Source: Eledone cirrhosa (Eukaryota). Taken from it: 64,000 nucleotides of DNA. This document shows, one piece after another, positions 1 to 14,377 of the stretch. The stretch lies in assembly GCA_964016885.1 (NCBI GenBank), contig OZ024742.1, forward strand, positions 215,326,001 to 215,390,000, in the 5' to 3' direction. The notes under the pieces are model-generated. The model had not been told where the DNA came from, did no database searches, and saw only the letters and a list, made by a program, of their open reading frames with translations. Every line of letters starts with the position of its first letter. Position 1 is the stretch's first letter. Both the position numbers and the translations under genes were made by a program.

Positions 1-969
1 TTAATTGGATTTTTGCCTTTACCTTTGGAAGTTAGTGCAGTACATAAGGAGGAAAGAAGTTATACATTACGACTAGGGTTGAATATGTCTTTCATCCCAT
101 TGGGATCGATATCATAATTATACGCAATATAGTAGATATATTTAATCGATTGTGTAGCTCAATTAGGAATATAGTACGTTTGCTTAGTCAAAGAGCAAAT
201 GTGCTTAACTGTGTGTGCGCGTAGAATTTCAGTATATTGTTGTTGTTGTTTAGCTACAAGTAAGTTTTCATTGATCAAATATAACTATGATCAAAGGCAT
301 TCCTGATATGAGCATCAAATTATTTACGAATATCTACTACTACATTATCGAATACTATTTTTCTTGATATGTAGATTTGGCTACTATGTCTTGCAACACG
401 AGCGAATGTATAGCGTTTCCTCATTGGTTGGTCAGTATCCCTCGAGCGTGTCTAATCTATGATTGGATTACGAATTCCAGTTTCAGTTATTCCGCCTTCA
501 GTAACACCCTTCCACATGGTATGGAATTCACATTTTGTCGATAGAATATTTCATAGATATTTGGCTTTGTGCCACAAAAATCAATAGCTAGACTATAGAT
601 GTTGAGTATTGTAATTTTGAAACAAGACCACATCAAATCAAGCATTGTTGAAATCATTTCATTATACTTTTATCGATAATGCCTTTGGGAATTATTGAAG
701 TTAGATAATCTCATTTATATTTCGCAATACATTTGAGGTTTTGCACCTCTCTACATAATTTTTATTTCAACAATACTCCAATAATATTCTAAGAAGGCAA
801 ATTATAAGGTGTAAGTGCGGATTTCGTAATAAATTTAATATAGGAATGTAAAGTTCATTTCATTAAAGCTGTAAAATCTGATTATGAATTAGGGGTTAGT
901 GTGTGATACATCGAAAACTAACACGCATACAGTAGATGGGAATATACTCTTATGTTGTGTTCGAATGTG

Positions 970-994
970 TGCATAGATATATACATATGCTATG

Positions 995-1093
<99 letters not shown>

Positions 1094-1168
1094 AGTATGT
1101 ATGTATACGTACATACATATATGTATACAGACGTACAGCAGCATGCATATATATATATATATATATAT

Positions 1169-1248
<80 letters not shown>

Positions 1249-1298
1249 CATATATACAGGTACACATACTGATACGTGCATATATGTATGTGTACCTG

Positions 1299-1366
<68 letters not shown>

Positions 1367-1476
1367 TGCTGCTGTACGTCTGTATACATATATGTATGTA
1401 CGTATACATACATACTTGCATTTAAGTAAGTGCCGTACTAGGAGTGAGAAGTGAAATTTCGTTTTCATTTTATTGC

Positions 1477-1515
<39 letters not shown>

Positions 1516-1540
1516 TATGTGTATATATATATATATATAC
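970..1540. repeat. (TA)n microsatellite cluster containing a fold-back (arms 1090-1150 / 1361-1420)
   Basis: gcaagtatgtatgtatacgtacatacatatatgtatacagacgtacagcagcatgcat and its reverse complement flank an inner inverted pair tacaggtacacatac/gtatgtgtacctgta. Confidence 0.9.
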
Positions 1541-1750
1541 AGTTGCCACCCAGTACTCGCGAGGGTTATGTTCCTAGAGCACTCACGACAAGTGAAAAGC
1601 CACGAATTTTAAACGTGGTCCATAAAAATACCTTTAAATGTCACAACATAACGTAAAATACAAGAAAATATTTACGCTTCCGTGAATATGTGGTTGTCTC
1701 CAATTATTAGGTTCTAAGGAAAATTCCGCGAATGCCGGGCGTACACTCTG
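1540..1750. mobile_element. Putative degenerate MITE (Tigger/pogo-like)
   Basis: Imperfect terminal inverted repeats cagttgccacccagtactcgcgagggttatgttcc ... ggaaaattccgcgaatgccgggcgtacactctg between TA runs. Confidence 0.45.
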
Positions 1751-2339
1751 TGTATATATATAAAATGATAATGCCGAGTTAAAAATCTCACAATACTGTA
1801 TAAAGGATCATTGAATATAATCTTAATTCATTAAAAAATTTTTTACTAGATAGGGAAAGCGCTGATGATCATTTTCAGCTTTCGGAGCTACTTAGAAAGA
1901 TGGAAATTGGGTGCATCTTGAAATTCGAGACCCATCATACATGTATACAACAGACTATAATTAGCTAATGGAATTCCTTAGACAGGTGCACTATTTAGCA
2001 AAATCTAGTCCTGAATCGAGAACGAGATGAGATGTGTGCAGATCGATGAAATCGTTCTGCATGCACTCTCCTGGTATCCGTGCATTGCTGACTTGCGTCA
2101 TTTTATCTTAGGGTTTTGTCACGTTTAGAAGAAATCTGTCTCTCAAAAATAAAGTAGATATGTCTGAAATGTCTCAACACAGACACATTCTTCTTAGCTG
2201 AAGCCCGCATTAATTACTTTATTTCACTTGGAAAGGGCGGTGAGGGTGGAAAGGAAATTACCCTCCACCGTGGTATATTTATTAAAATATATTCAATGTG
2301 CCTATAAAATGTTGACAATATAGGAGAGGGGGAACAGAC

Positions 2340-2548
2340 CTATGGTGCTCTAAATGATCGTTGTCATCACGGATATGTGGGATAACTTCATTACGTCGTT
2401 GTAGTGCTCCATCCTATTGCAGAATCCCGTTTTACATTTATTTTGTTATTTTGTTCTCTGTTTCCATGTCCATATATAAATCCTTATGTGTCCATACTTA
2501 TTGCGTTCTCCTCATGTGTTCGACCCTAGTGGCCAATAAAGAAATTAT
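2340..2548 (+). mobile_element. Probable LINE (L1/Tx1-like) 3' UTR end
   Basis: Ends ccctagtggccaataaagaaatt plus simple repeat; resembles the 3' end cccttgtggcaaataaa of the Tx1-like element at about 62570-62590 (- strand). Confidence 0.4.
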
Positions 2549-5289
2549 TTTTATTTTTATTTTTATTTTTGTTGATGTTGATGTTAATGTTGCCGTTGTT
2601 TTTATTGTTGCTGTTGCTGCTGTTGTTCCTGCTCTTGCTGCTGCTGATTTATTTAATTAAATCCTGCTACTGCAGGATTTATTTAGCCATTCATAGTTAT
2701 GAAGCCGAATGAAACAACGACTGCCAAATTTCAATGATACTTCTCCCAGTGTAGTAATCATTATCCCTTCCACATAAACTTCACTCAGGACAACAAAGCA
2801 AATCTTGGTATCTGCATTAAGATACATCACAATTTCTATTGTTTGATCATCCCGTTTATCATTACGTAGTGCAAAAGAACATTTATCAAACCAGTTTTTA
2901 TCACGAATGCTATTAATAAACAGAACTGTATACACTTCATATGATAGTAAAAATCAGAGCATTGCGTTTCTAATTTCTTTAGAGAACTGCTTTGTTGTTG
3001 GAATAATATCAAATTATTCCGTTTATGAAAAAAAACGCTTTCGGTACAGTGGATTGATTAATAAATATTGCTTGATTTCAGCTTAACAATATTTTGATTA
3101 AATATTATTAGAAATATTTGTCTAACGTCATCCTTGCACAAAGTTTGTATTAGAAACCGATTTGGTTTCAGGGTGGTGATATAGGACATAACGATACGCT
3201 TATGCACTGACGAATCGTTTTTGTTTTAATACTAACATAATGATTTGACGAGAAAAGGGTGGCCCAAATAACAAATTTTTTTCTTCATAGGGAATCGTTT
3301 GATTAATATAATGTACACGAATTCCTAATGAAGCGATTCTAAATTAAAATATTTTAATACATTTCCCCTGAGAAAGATGTTGTTATTGATAACAGAGAAA
3401 CATTTGACGGAGTAAATTTACACGAATGAAGATATACAATAATTCAACACAAATTGTAAACTTTTATTGACAATTTACCGAACCAATTATTTGAATTACA
3501 TTGTATAAATAAATTAATAAATTTCAACATGCCTTATTTACTAATATTTCGCTTGGCTTTAGCCATCGACAAATACAAGAATTAACATAATAATGACTGC
3601 TATATATATGGTTTAAAACGTACAGCTAACCAAAACACTTGGCAATGTCAGATAACAAGTTGTAGGAGCTGAAGAATACCCTAGTTTGATTTCTCTTAGC
3701 TTAGAAATGCATTCTTACTTATTATCTTTATATATATAAAAGCGAGGATGTGTGTGTGTCTGTGTACAACTTGGCATGCACAAGGCTTTCACAATTACCA
3801 ACTGAATTTGACCACATTTGCTGTGCACGTTGCACAGGTCGATAAGATTGTTACATCCCAAACATTTTTCAAATCGACCCATGTTGAGCAATAAATAATC
3901 GATATCAAAATTACCGGTAGAAAAATTGATGTAAAGGAGATAACAAACTTTATTGACAATCCTTATAAAAAAGGGATATAATCTGTTCACCAAATATATT
4001 CGTTTGCATTAATTATTGAAGACTTCTGATTATTTTGACAGGTTGGGGACAAATAATGTTCTTCTTTTACTTCCTAGCTGTATATTCTTAGCATAATTTC
4101 AAACCCCGAGCAACGCCGTATTATCTAAAGAAATATTCTATCATCAAATAGAATCATAGATATTTACATCAAAGAGAGATATGTATGTTAATCATGTTTT
4201 CTATTATTTTCAGATGAAATAACTGCTACAGCGTAGTAAAATCATTGTATTAATTGTATCAGAATTGAAACCATGAACAGATCTGCAGTGAAGTAAATTG
4301 AAGGGCCAAACTGCTGCGATTCATTTCAGGTTTAGTGTATTCAATGATTTATATATTTATGTCATCCTACATCGCAACGTGCATGTGAAACACATTATAG
4401 ATATAATTTATTGAGTAGAATAAACAAACAGAGATACACGTGTAATTCACTGAAGGTACGTGCTGATTGTCCCATCAATTAAGACAAACAACATTTTGAC
4501 ATAAATCCTAACTTGACTATTCTTAATGTTCTGACAGCAGAGAAAATTGATCAAAATTAAACCATGTGTAATCCTCAAGTAATACGCCGATATTGTATAT
4601 GTCATTTTTAACAAACTGTATTGGTAAAGATTTGCTAATAGTTGAGTCTTTACAGTGCAGAAAATATGTGATCTGTGAACTCTATAGATCTAGCTTCACA
4701 GAGAAATAAAATATCTAATTGACTGCTCGGATAGCAAGACTTATTTTATGTGAGATTAAATACTCGCCAAAAGTGAATAGTTCAAATCATTAATATGAAA
4801 GTGTATGTTTGTTCAACATTCAATACGTAGAGCGAGAAGATATTAACTCTCCAATTAAAGCAGTATTTCAGACAAGTTGTGCTATATTAATTTGAATAGA
4901 CTTCTGACCCTAATGTAAGTTCATATATTAGCATCAATTTTATACAGAGAGTTTGGGAAAATAGCGCACTAATTTAGTTAATTACTATCAGGAAATGTGT
5001 TGATTATAAAGAGAATGAATTGGTTCATTTAGCTTTACAAGCTTTCAATACTACATATATCGTACTTAGTGATTACATATTTGTCGTAAACAATTTAGCT
5101 ATTTGTGGCTTTCCTTTGATATATTTGGTAGTTTGAAACCTCAGAGAATATAACATTTATTGCTCAAATACCCATGCAATTTAAACAAAACAACTACTTA
5201 TTTTTTAAGTAAGGAGGTTCGACAAAACTAATGATTTTGTATTTATTCTTTTTATTGAATGGTATCATAGTTTTTAAAACACATACTAT

Positions 5290-5789
5290 GTGAAGTGTTA
5301 GACGGATAGGAAAATTTCCTTTCCTGATTAAATAGTATATCCGGGCTCTGTGCTTACGTGAACGATTTTGAAACCGGGTAAGGGAGTCCAAGAAGAAATT
5401 GCAAGAAATAGGATAAGGCACCTCGATAAGGTGCCTGCTCATAAAACCTTTTGGATTAGAGAATTTCTGGTGGGAAAAATATTTTCTCTCTTCCACATCC
5501 TCCCTACAATCCAGATATAGCACCATGGGGCTTATACTTCTTCCCTATTTTGAAATCGAAGTGGAAGGGTAATTTTGGGACTATGGAAATCATACAAAAT
5601 TTGCAACCTACGGGCTTAGGATGGTCACAGAAAAGGGCATCCGACACTGATATGATGAATGGAAAAATGGTTGGAACAAATACGTGACATCTGAGTGTCG
5701 TATTCTGAAGGAAGTTAACTTGTAATGACATATACGTCTAATATAGATTTAAATAAAACATCGATATTCTTACGCCCGGGACAAACCTC

Positions 5790-5791
<2 letters not shown>
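5290..5791 (+). mobile_element. mariner transposase 3' fragment (decayed)
   Basis: Frameshifted translation DKVPAH...PHPPYNPDIAPWGLYFFPILK...EWKNGWNKYV matches the mariner DNAxxH / YSPDLAP / WxKCV motifs; TIR-like end ggacaaacctcgt. Confidence 0.8.
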
Positions 5792-5869
<78 letters not shown>

Positions 5870-5870
<1 letters not shown>

Positions 5871-6178
5871 TCACACATTCTGTGACCTCCTCAGTGCCTA
5901 GGTATTTATATAGTGCATCCCCTTTGTTGTGTCCTAGACCATCTTATTTTATGTGTTGTGTCAACACACAAAAACAAGATGGTGTGGGACAGAACAAAGG
6001 AGAGACACAAAATAAACACCTATTCACTGAGGAAGTCACACGATGCGTGAGAAAAGAGCTTTGCCAATTTATAAACAACCATCCTGTTATCGAAACACAC
6101 AACGAGTAGGAAATTTGTAATAAATTGAAGTGAAAACCAACACTTGCGTGTGATTTTATTGGAGGCATGACCATTCCA

Positions 6179-6185
<7 letters not shown>
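5870..6185. mobile_element. Small PLE fold-back fragment with degenerate hammerheads (same family as 39105-40165)
   Basis: Arms inverted about 5960; CTGAGGA cores at 5888-5894 (-) and 6027-6033 (+); TA tracts on both sides. Confidence 0.75.
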
Positions 6186-6241
<56 letters not shown>

Positions 6242-6318
6242 TATATTATATTTTGAGATTAAACTCTTAGTCGTTTACAATTAATCAGCTCCAAGAAAGG
6301 GCATTTCTGAGCAGTGAA

Positions 6319-7080
6319 ATACAAGTTATACATTAATATATATGATAAACACAAAACGTGTTTGTATTGTAAGAGACAAAGTAGCTAGCAATGAAATAAA
6401 CTAATTAAAGTGAATACAATTTGTCTGTCTCGATATAAGTCAATAAAGACAAGCTTATATTGGCAAAAGCCGTGATTCCTGGACAAATTTGAATTTCAAA
6501 ATCCAAACCCTTCAAAAATTTTGCAGGTCTGACTACACGTGCGTCTAGCCAGCCAAACTAGCCATCCCGCAGTCCCGGTGCTAGAAATAACAGCCATTTA
6601 TACGGGATTAAAGATCAGCTCTACAGTTAATCCCGTATAAACGGCAGTTATTTCTAGCACGGGAATGCGGGACGGCTAGTTTGGCTGGCTACACGCACGT
6701 GTACAGTAGTCAGACCTGCAAAATTTTTGAAGGTGGAATGTACTAATTTTACTGGATTCCTGTTGATAAGCACAGAAGATTTGGATATTTCACTTTTTAT
6801 TTCAATTCCATTTCGATTCTCTTTATTTTTCAATTCATGTACCATCGTTGCGAGACATATTTGGGTTTCCAAGTTCAAATTCATCTACGGAGCGGGTTTG
6901 GATTTTGAAATTTAAATTTGTCCAGGAATCACGGCTTTTGCCAATATAAGCTTGTCTTTATTGACTTATATCGAGACAGACAAATTGTATTCACTTTAAT
7001 TAGTTTATTTCATTGCTAGCTACTTTGTCTGTTACAATACAAACACGTTTTGTGTTTATCATATATATTAATGTATAACT

Positions 7081-7085
<5 letters not shown>
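6319..7085. mobile_element. Long fold-back element, probably PLE-derived
   Basis: Near-identical inverted arms centred at about 6612-6626; extra segment 6734-6893 in the right arm translates on - as CLATMVHELKNKE..IEIKSEI, weakly like a PLE GIY-YIG C-terminus. Confidence 0.7.
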
Positions 7086-7147
<62 letters not shown>

Positions 7148-8610
7148 GTGTATATGTGTGTGTGTGTATGTGTGTTTTTGCGTGTGTGTATGTGTGTGTT
7201 TTTGTGTGTGTGTGTGTGGAACATACATCAAAAGAATACTTAGTCCTTTAAAACATAATTTTACTTGATGTGACATCACTCAGTGTAGCATATTGTAACA
7301 CCGCTTTTATAATTTCATAGATATTGGGAAAATGCCAGAATTATTGTTTAATGCACGACTTCACTTCTAAACTCCGACAGTGTATATAATTGTACTTGGC
7401 AAAATTTGGCTAATTAAAATAATAGTTATGAATTTATTGATAACGTGGCAACTAAAATATAACAGGACATTACAGCTAATTTTGTTTTCAGTGCTCAATT
7501 ATAACACACCGTAGCCAATTGTTTGTAGCATTTCTTTTTGTAGATTATTTACTATACAGAAACCCGCTATCTAACTTGATGTCTTCATTATCTAAACCAG
7601 ACAATAAATAAACTAACCATGTATATGGCGTTATAAAACAGCTCATTGTTTACTGTGTCATGTGGAATGGCTTATCTGTTTTAATATTATATATTAGAAA
7701 CAATGAAAAAAAAGTAGAAACAATATTATATATTAGAAACGTTTTGCCTGTACAAAGTATTACAAATACATTTGCAGCACCCACTGCATAGATCGAAAAC
7801 ACTGAATAATATGTAATTGTAAAACCCATACAAGTGCTCCACCCATGCTGTTAACATTTATCATATTACATTCAGATACGAAGAGCTTACACTGAAACAA
7901 ATAGCTTAAAATGTTTAAAGTAGCCAATATGGTTGCTGCATCAATTATGACTACACTAACCTGGTAAACTTAGAAAAAAATAATTGCTAAATATGTTGTT
8001 GTTTTTTTTAATTCTATGTTTTACCCGATTAAACAAACAACAGTAGCAAACTTTGCAGCATGGCATATTTCAATACAGTTTCGAAAGTAAAGACCTCCAT
8101 GAAAACAATTCCACTGTCATGGTTACCAACCTAAACTCAAACAAAAAATCTAATAAACAGTATTTACCAAACAAAGTGAAATTCTCTTCAACAGAATGTG
8201 TATTGTAATGAGCAAATCTAAAACACCCTAGATAAATCGATAGGGCGGATTATTCATTGTAAACCTAAATCACACATCATAAAACTAACAACAATGTATC
8301 AGCAAGAATGAGCGATATAACAACGATTCCCACCATAAATGTTGTCTGCAAAATTTGACAATAGTTAGTCAAATGCATGAAATAGAAAACAAAGGTAAAT
8401 AGAAACAATGAACTTAGACGACATTTAGTAGTTACATGGAAATTATTTAAAACTGATGAATATTTACGAACATAATCATAGCCGAAACCTTTGAAATTAT
8501 ATATGTATACACATACACACACACACACCACCTTCTCCATCTTTCTCTTCCTCTCACTCACTCACACACTCTTCTCTCTTCCTATCTGTCTCACTCTCTC
8601 TCTCTCTCTT

Positions 8611-8641
<31 letters not shown>

Positions 8642-9008
8642 CTACTATCTATCTATCTTTATATATAGAGAGATGGTGCCGTGAATAGACCTTCGTTATC
8701 CCTATTATTTTTTTTTTCACTGCTGCCACTGCCAGTCTCCTCAATATTTCTCTTTGCTAATTCACAATTTTCTAATGAAAGACTAACGTCCGAGAAGATA
8801 ATTCTATTTTCCTAATATATCAAGCGTAAAACTATAATTGGGTGGGTGACATTATTGGTGTAACACATTGGTCATGATAGTCAGAGATGTGGGTTCGTGT
8901 CACATGTACCTCAATGATCTTCATTTTTTCCATTCTGTGGGGTTTTAGACTGCAACTATTAAGGTAATGTACTTAGTCAAAAATACGGCAGAATGTCTGT
9001 CTCTATCT

Positions 9009-9045
<37 letters not shown>

Positions 9046-9174
9046 ATGCGTGTGTGCATGTGTGTGTGCGTGTGTGTGTGCGTGTCTTTGTGTGTGTATA
9101 TATATATGCGTATATTTGTGTTTGTATATGTATATGTGTATATATAAATATATATATACGTGTGTGTGTATATG

Positions 9175-9245
<71 letters not shown>

Positions 9246-9923
9246 GCGGACATTTGTAGATGTGTGTAGGTATCCTTATTTGTTTATATGTATGTGCTCA
9301 TGCACGTGGGTGCGTGTATGTATGTATGAGGGTATCTGTGTATTTAAATGTCGTGCTGGGTGGGTATGCATGTGGGAAGGATAGGGAATATGTGTCTAAT
9401 GTGTAGTTGTGTGTGTGTGTATATATATATGTGCGTCTATGTATGTATGTGTAGTTCTATATATATATATGGGGGCGTTTATATATATATGTAATGTATA
9501 GGTACGTATGTATATGTTTGTGTTTATTTATATCTACATGTATATTTGTATAGATTTTGTTTCTATTATGCCTAAAATATATTTTTTCATTTTTCTAATT
9601 TTATTTTTTTATCGGCTATATCGAAGTCAACATTGGCTTATATTTTGTATTTTGTATTTTAATTCCCTTACCCCTTATTTTTCATCACCATTGCATTCTT
9701 GTATTGTCTTCAAACAATGCGCCAGTGAGATCCAGGGATACGGGTCGGCACGTATGGATACGCCCGACAACTTGACCGGGATGGAGGTAAGCCACTAAAT
9801 TATGACCGACAACAAACCAACAAGTGAATGTGGTGACACACCCCTATGGTAGAATTTAAAGTAGCATATAAGAAGGAGTTGGGATAATATTTAACAACTC
9901 TCAGTCCAGAGTCTACATGTTAA

Positions 9924-10017
9924 AACAAATCTGAGGAGCTTCCGATTCCAGAGTGAGGTTCGATTATTAATTGATCGTTCCTCGAGCTGATCGACAGTGA
10001 AACATATGTAATATGTT
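9924..10017 (+). ncRNA. Type I hammerhead ribozyme, long stem II
   Basis: aacaaat-CTGAGGA-gct...agt-GAAA-CATATG-TA-atatgtt; palindromic stem III ACATATGT, GUA cleavage triplet. Confidence 0.8.
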
Positions 10018-10218
10018 ATTAAATATGTATATGATGCAACACGGATCCTTTGTTCCCTTATATATTAAGACAAATGATAATCTGCTCCCGAAGAGCATCG
10101 AGTGCTCATCCGGCATATCGCCTAGCGACGCAATTAATTTGCTCCTTAACAAACACACACAGAAACACAGACACACAGACACACGCACAGACACACACAC
10201 ACACAGACACCCACACAT

Positions 10219-10271
<53 letters not shown>

Positions 10272-10295
10272 TACACACACACACACACACACACG

Positions 10296-10345
<50 letters not shown>

Positions 10346-10742
10346 CACACACACACACACACACGCACATACTTTAATCTGTTATTTTAATAAATATATA
10401 TAAACTGAAAATATGGTCTTATTCAGCTTAGACGTTGTCTCCCCGTAACTTCATTCCCCTCTCAAACAACGACAAAATAGCGACTAAATAATTGACCATG
10501 TGACTTTATAGGCTCCAGCTACTCGTAAATGTCGGTACTATCGAAGTTGTGTCTATCAGGTCTACTAGCTGTCACATAAATAGATCTATTGGAGCGTAGA
10601 CTACTTAACAACTGCCAATCCTGTTTGATCTCACCTCCATGTAAACCGCGTCCAGTGTTAAAACAACCAGTCGGCAAAGTGAAAGCAAATGTGACAAGAT
10701 ATAGAAGAAAATGGCACTTCGGGACAGAAAATATGTGTAATA

Positions 10743-10932
10743 ATTGTTTCTACTTTTGACACAAGGCCAGCAATTACACAGTGCATTATTGGTTCTTTAT
10801 TTTATCGACCCCGTAAGGATGAAAGGCAAAGTTAACCTCGGCGGATTTGAACACAGAATGGCAAGGGCCGTAACACTATACGTCAAAGCATGGCGTCCGA
10901 ACCTCTACCGATACTGCCAATCCACCGTCCAT
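10743..10932 (-). mobile_element. tRNA-derived SINE (octopus-type)
   Basis: Reverse complement of the 24872-25062 copy; A/B boxes and central gcctttcatccttacggggtcgataaaataaag. Confidence 0.85.
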
Positions 10933-12131
10933 ATGTGTAATAATAGAGGAGCGTGACAGGCACTAGTTGAGAAAGTGTTTTTATACATAAGGACGCAAAA
11001 ATTACCTGCAGCGATCCCTACGAGTTATTGAATTCCTATCTCTCGAATACCATGTGATGCGTCAAGATTAAGTTAAGTAGCGACAGGTACTTCATCCCAC
11101 CTGTGTATAGTGTCATAATATGCGGTTTCTGGGAGTGTGAATGTAGCCTTGTTAAAAAAATAAACTGAATGAACTATCGAAACGCAAACACGCGTTTGGA
11201 ATTTGTAAATATGAGAATTCCGAAAGCAAAACATAATTGTCACAACAGCCGATCACTAGACATAATAGTTGAGAAAATTGAATAAATTAAACATAGATTC
11301 GGAAATAATGCACTATGCGACTGCAAGGAATCAAACGCTGAATCTTTCGAATGATGCACGTTATTCGAGAGATATAGGGTTGTTCAACTATTATTACAGT
11401 TATTTTCACCTCTAGGGACTCTCACATTTTCCCGCATATATGTGTGTTTGTGTGTGTGAGAGTGTGGGCGTTCGTGAATGTCTGCAGGTGCGTGCTTGTG
11501 TGCGAATCCCCTTATTTACATACTTCATGCTTAAACGCTTATACACACATACATACATACACACACAGACAGCATTATCTCAGTGACACCCACTCAGAAA
11601 TAACCAGTTGTTCTTGTTTACTAATTAACAAATAGATAATACCATCGACATCAAACTCTATAATTCTAACTGTTATTTTGAATTATTTATTCCTATTTAT
11701 ATTCAGTTTTACTTTTCTCTTTTATCTCTATGTTTATTCATATATATAAGCATTTTTTTATCCACGTTTTATCAATTAGTGCCCGTTCAATTAACGTCTC
11801 TGTCGCCATCCCAATATTCATCGGTACTTCAATATTTGCCGATGCGCTTTATTACTTGACCGCACAACTTTGTTATCGAAATGCTTGTCTATCTAAATAT
11901 CTACAAACCTCCCACCACTCCTAAAACAAGGCAATCAATCACACACATAACCACATATACCTCTGGCACTCCTTTCTAATTACCAACCCACCCATCCTCT
12001 AAACCTACAACAAGTCATTCCCAGCCCAGCCAATTACAACTCTCTCAATCACAATTACCGTTGCTGTTGTTCGCTAGAGAAAATTATATTAAATACACAT
12101 ACACACACACACTCACACACACATACATATA

Positions 12132-12201
<70 letters not shown>

Positions 12202-12387
12202 TGTGTGTGTGTGTGCGTATATAAATACTTAGGAATGTATGTATAAATGAATTCAATGACCACACTCATGCCTGCAGCATTCAGACGAATGGGAAAGTCA
12301 TGGAGATATATTAATCTTTGGAATTTCTGACACGATTATTATTGTAGGTACAGGCTAATACAAAATAGCCATTGATATGTACATGAA

Positions 12388-12470
<83 letters not shown>

Positions 12471-12699
12471 ATATATATATATATAAGTATGTACACGTAC
12501 ATACATATATGTATACATACGTACAGTAGCATATACATACATGCACACATATACATATGTACGTATGGATTCACCGAACATTTATTATAATGCTCGGTGT
12601 GTTTGTAAACAAACATCCCGTATTAAGCCGTACAGTGTCTAGCAACCATCGTTGCTCTTTTGTTCAACACTGACAAAGGAACGCTGAACTAGTTTCAAG

Positions 12700-14361
12700 C
12701 TTATTAGCTATCGTCAGCATGGGACGGGGTGTCTAGGTGGGGAAACATTTTTAAAGGACGCGGTTAATGGGTTTAACGCAAGGATTACCCACGTCCTTAG
12801 GAAAGTTTTTCTTTAAAGACTTATAGGTGTCCGTAGAGACCCTAATCATCTTTAAATTGGGTCTGTCTACACAGCTCGAAAAGGTGGTCCCTTCGGTGAC
12901 ATGACGTCCGTTAAGGTTTTGTTTTCACTGTTTATGTATGTGTAATGTTCTTGTTGTGTTTTGTTGGTTTTTGTCTGTTTTGCTTGTGTGTGTTTTCGTT
13001 TTGTTGTAGGGTGTTTGTGTTTGGAGTGTTGTCGTTGTTTTGTTTTCAGAAGGGGGGATTTTTGTTTGTAATGTTTGTGTTGTTTGTGTTGGTGGTTGTG
13101 TGTTTGTTGCCTTTTTGTTCGTGTTATGTCTTTTTTTTTCCTTTTGGAGCGGAGGGGTTCTCCCTCATAATCACTGAGTGATGATGAGGGGGGGCCTCGT
13201 CCGTTGTGGTGTCTGTGTGATTGGGGAGGAGTACGTTTTGGGGAGCTGTTGTGCTTGAGGGTATTTTTGGAGTTGTTTTAGGTGGGGAGGGGTTGGGTGG
13301 GAATGTGTTTGCGGTTTGGTTTGTTTTGGTCATGTGTGTGTGTTGTTGTTGTTGTTGTGTTGGTGTTGGTAGTGGTGGTTGTGTTGTTGTGTTGGGTGTC
13401 GGCAGTAGTGCCTTTTTTTATCGCAGTTAATTGAGGACAGGAAGCCCTCAGGTGACCACTGCTTAAACAGTGGTAACATGAAGGCCGCCTACCCTCAACA
13501 GAAATGTTTATGTAGGAAACTCCATCCAGAGGCACACGTTGTGGGATTCTATCTATTCGTTTTGGCCTCATTTGGACCAGAACTTCTAAGTTAATAACGT
13601 TAAATATTGATAAAGCCACTCAATATCCACCAGATATTTACATGTGGTGTGATACTCGTTACCTTTATTTTGGGAGTCCTTTTTTCCATATATGTGGGGA
13701 AAAGGGAATATTTCTGTGCCGTCAATTGGTTTTTCATTATTACCGATAAACTCCCGAAGAGTTTTCCCTTCTGTATGAGGGTAATGTCCTTCATGGAGTT
13801 TCTTAGAACCAGCTCAGTTTCATTTTGAGTTAATTGAGATAGTTTTCTGGTGGTATTTGAGATCGTCCTGAAAACTATAGTTTTCAGGACAGTTTTTCCA
13901 CGCAATTCTTGGGGAGAAGTGATGCTAAACGCGCCATCCTCCTCAAAAGTTATGTATTGCTTGGCATCTCTTAGCAATTCTCCGGCATTAGAGATGTCAA
14001 TCTGTGTATATTGTTCCGTCTTTTGGACAGTTTGTGAGAACGAAATTGTTTCTTTTTTTCTGGAGTTGTTCTTGTTGGTGTTGTTGTCATCATTGTTGCT
14101 GTTGTTGGTGTTGTTGTCCTAATTGTTGCTGTTGTTGTTGTTTTGCTGGTGCCGCTGGGTGTGTTGTTTTTGTTCATTGTTTCACACTTTGGGTTTTGGT
14201 TTGTTGCCATAGCAACGTCAAGTTGTTGGACAAAATCCTTCCTCTGGCTGACCTTTGTCTGAGACATCTGCTACTATGACAGTGGAAGGGGGAAGCTGTA
14301 AGCATAGCTTCCCCTTTCCGCCTTCGAATGTTGGTGAAGAAGCTGCTATTGCTTCAGCCAT
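12700..14361 (-). pseudogene. Frameshifted gag-like ORF1 of a non-LTR retrotransposon (L1/Tx1-like) with CCHC zinc knuckle
   Basis: Consecutive - strand ORFs 14267-13971, 13977-13600, 13619-13278; VEGRRPSCYHCLSSGHLRASCP (CX2CX4HX4C); Thr-rich tracts; candidate ATG at 14361. Confidence 0.7.
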
Positions 14362-14377
14362 TTTCTTTTTAAAAACG

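Noticed and set aside
1868-1945. Possible - strand hammerhead (ATGATGG...GAAAGCTG) in a TA-adjacent segment
   Set aside because: Two core mismatches, G at position 17 and poor stems
4214-4329. Possible exon bounded by ttttcag and gt; also a donor-like site at about 34646
   Set aside because: No recognisable protein and no transcript evidence
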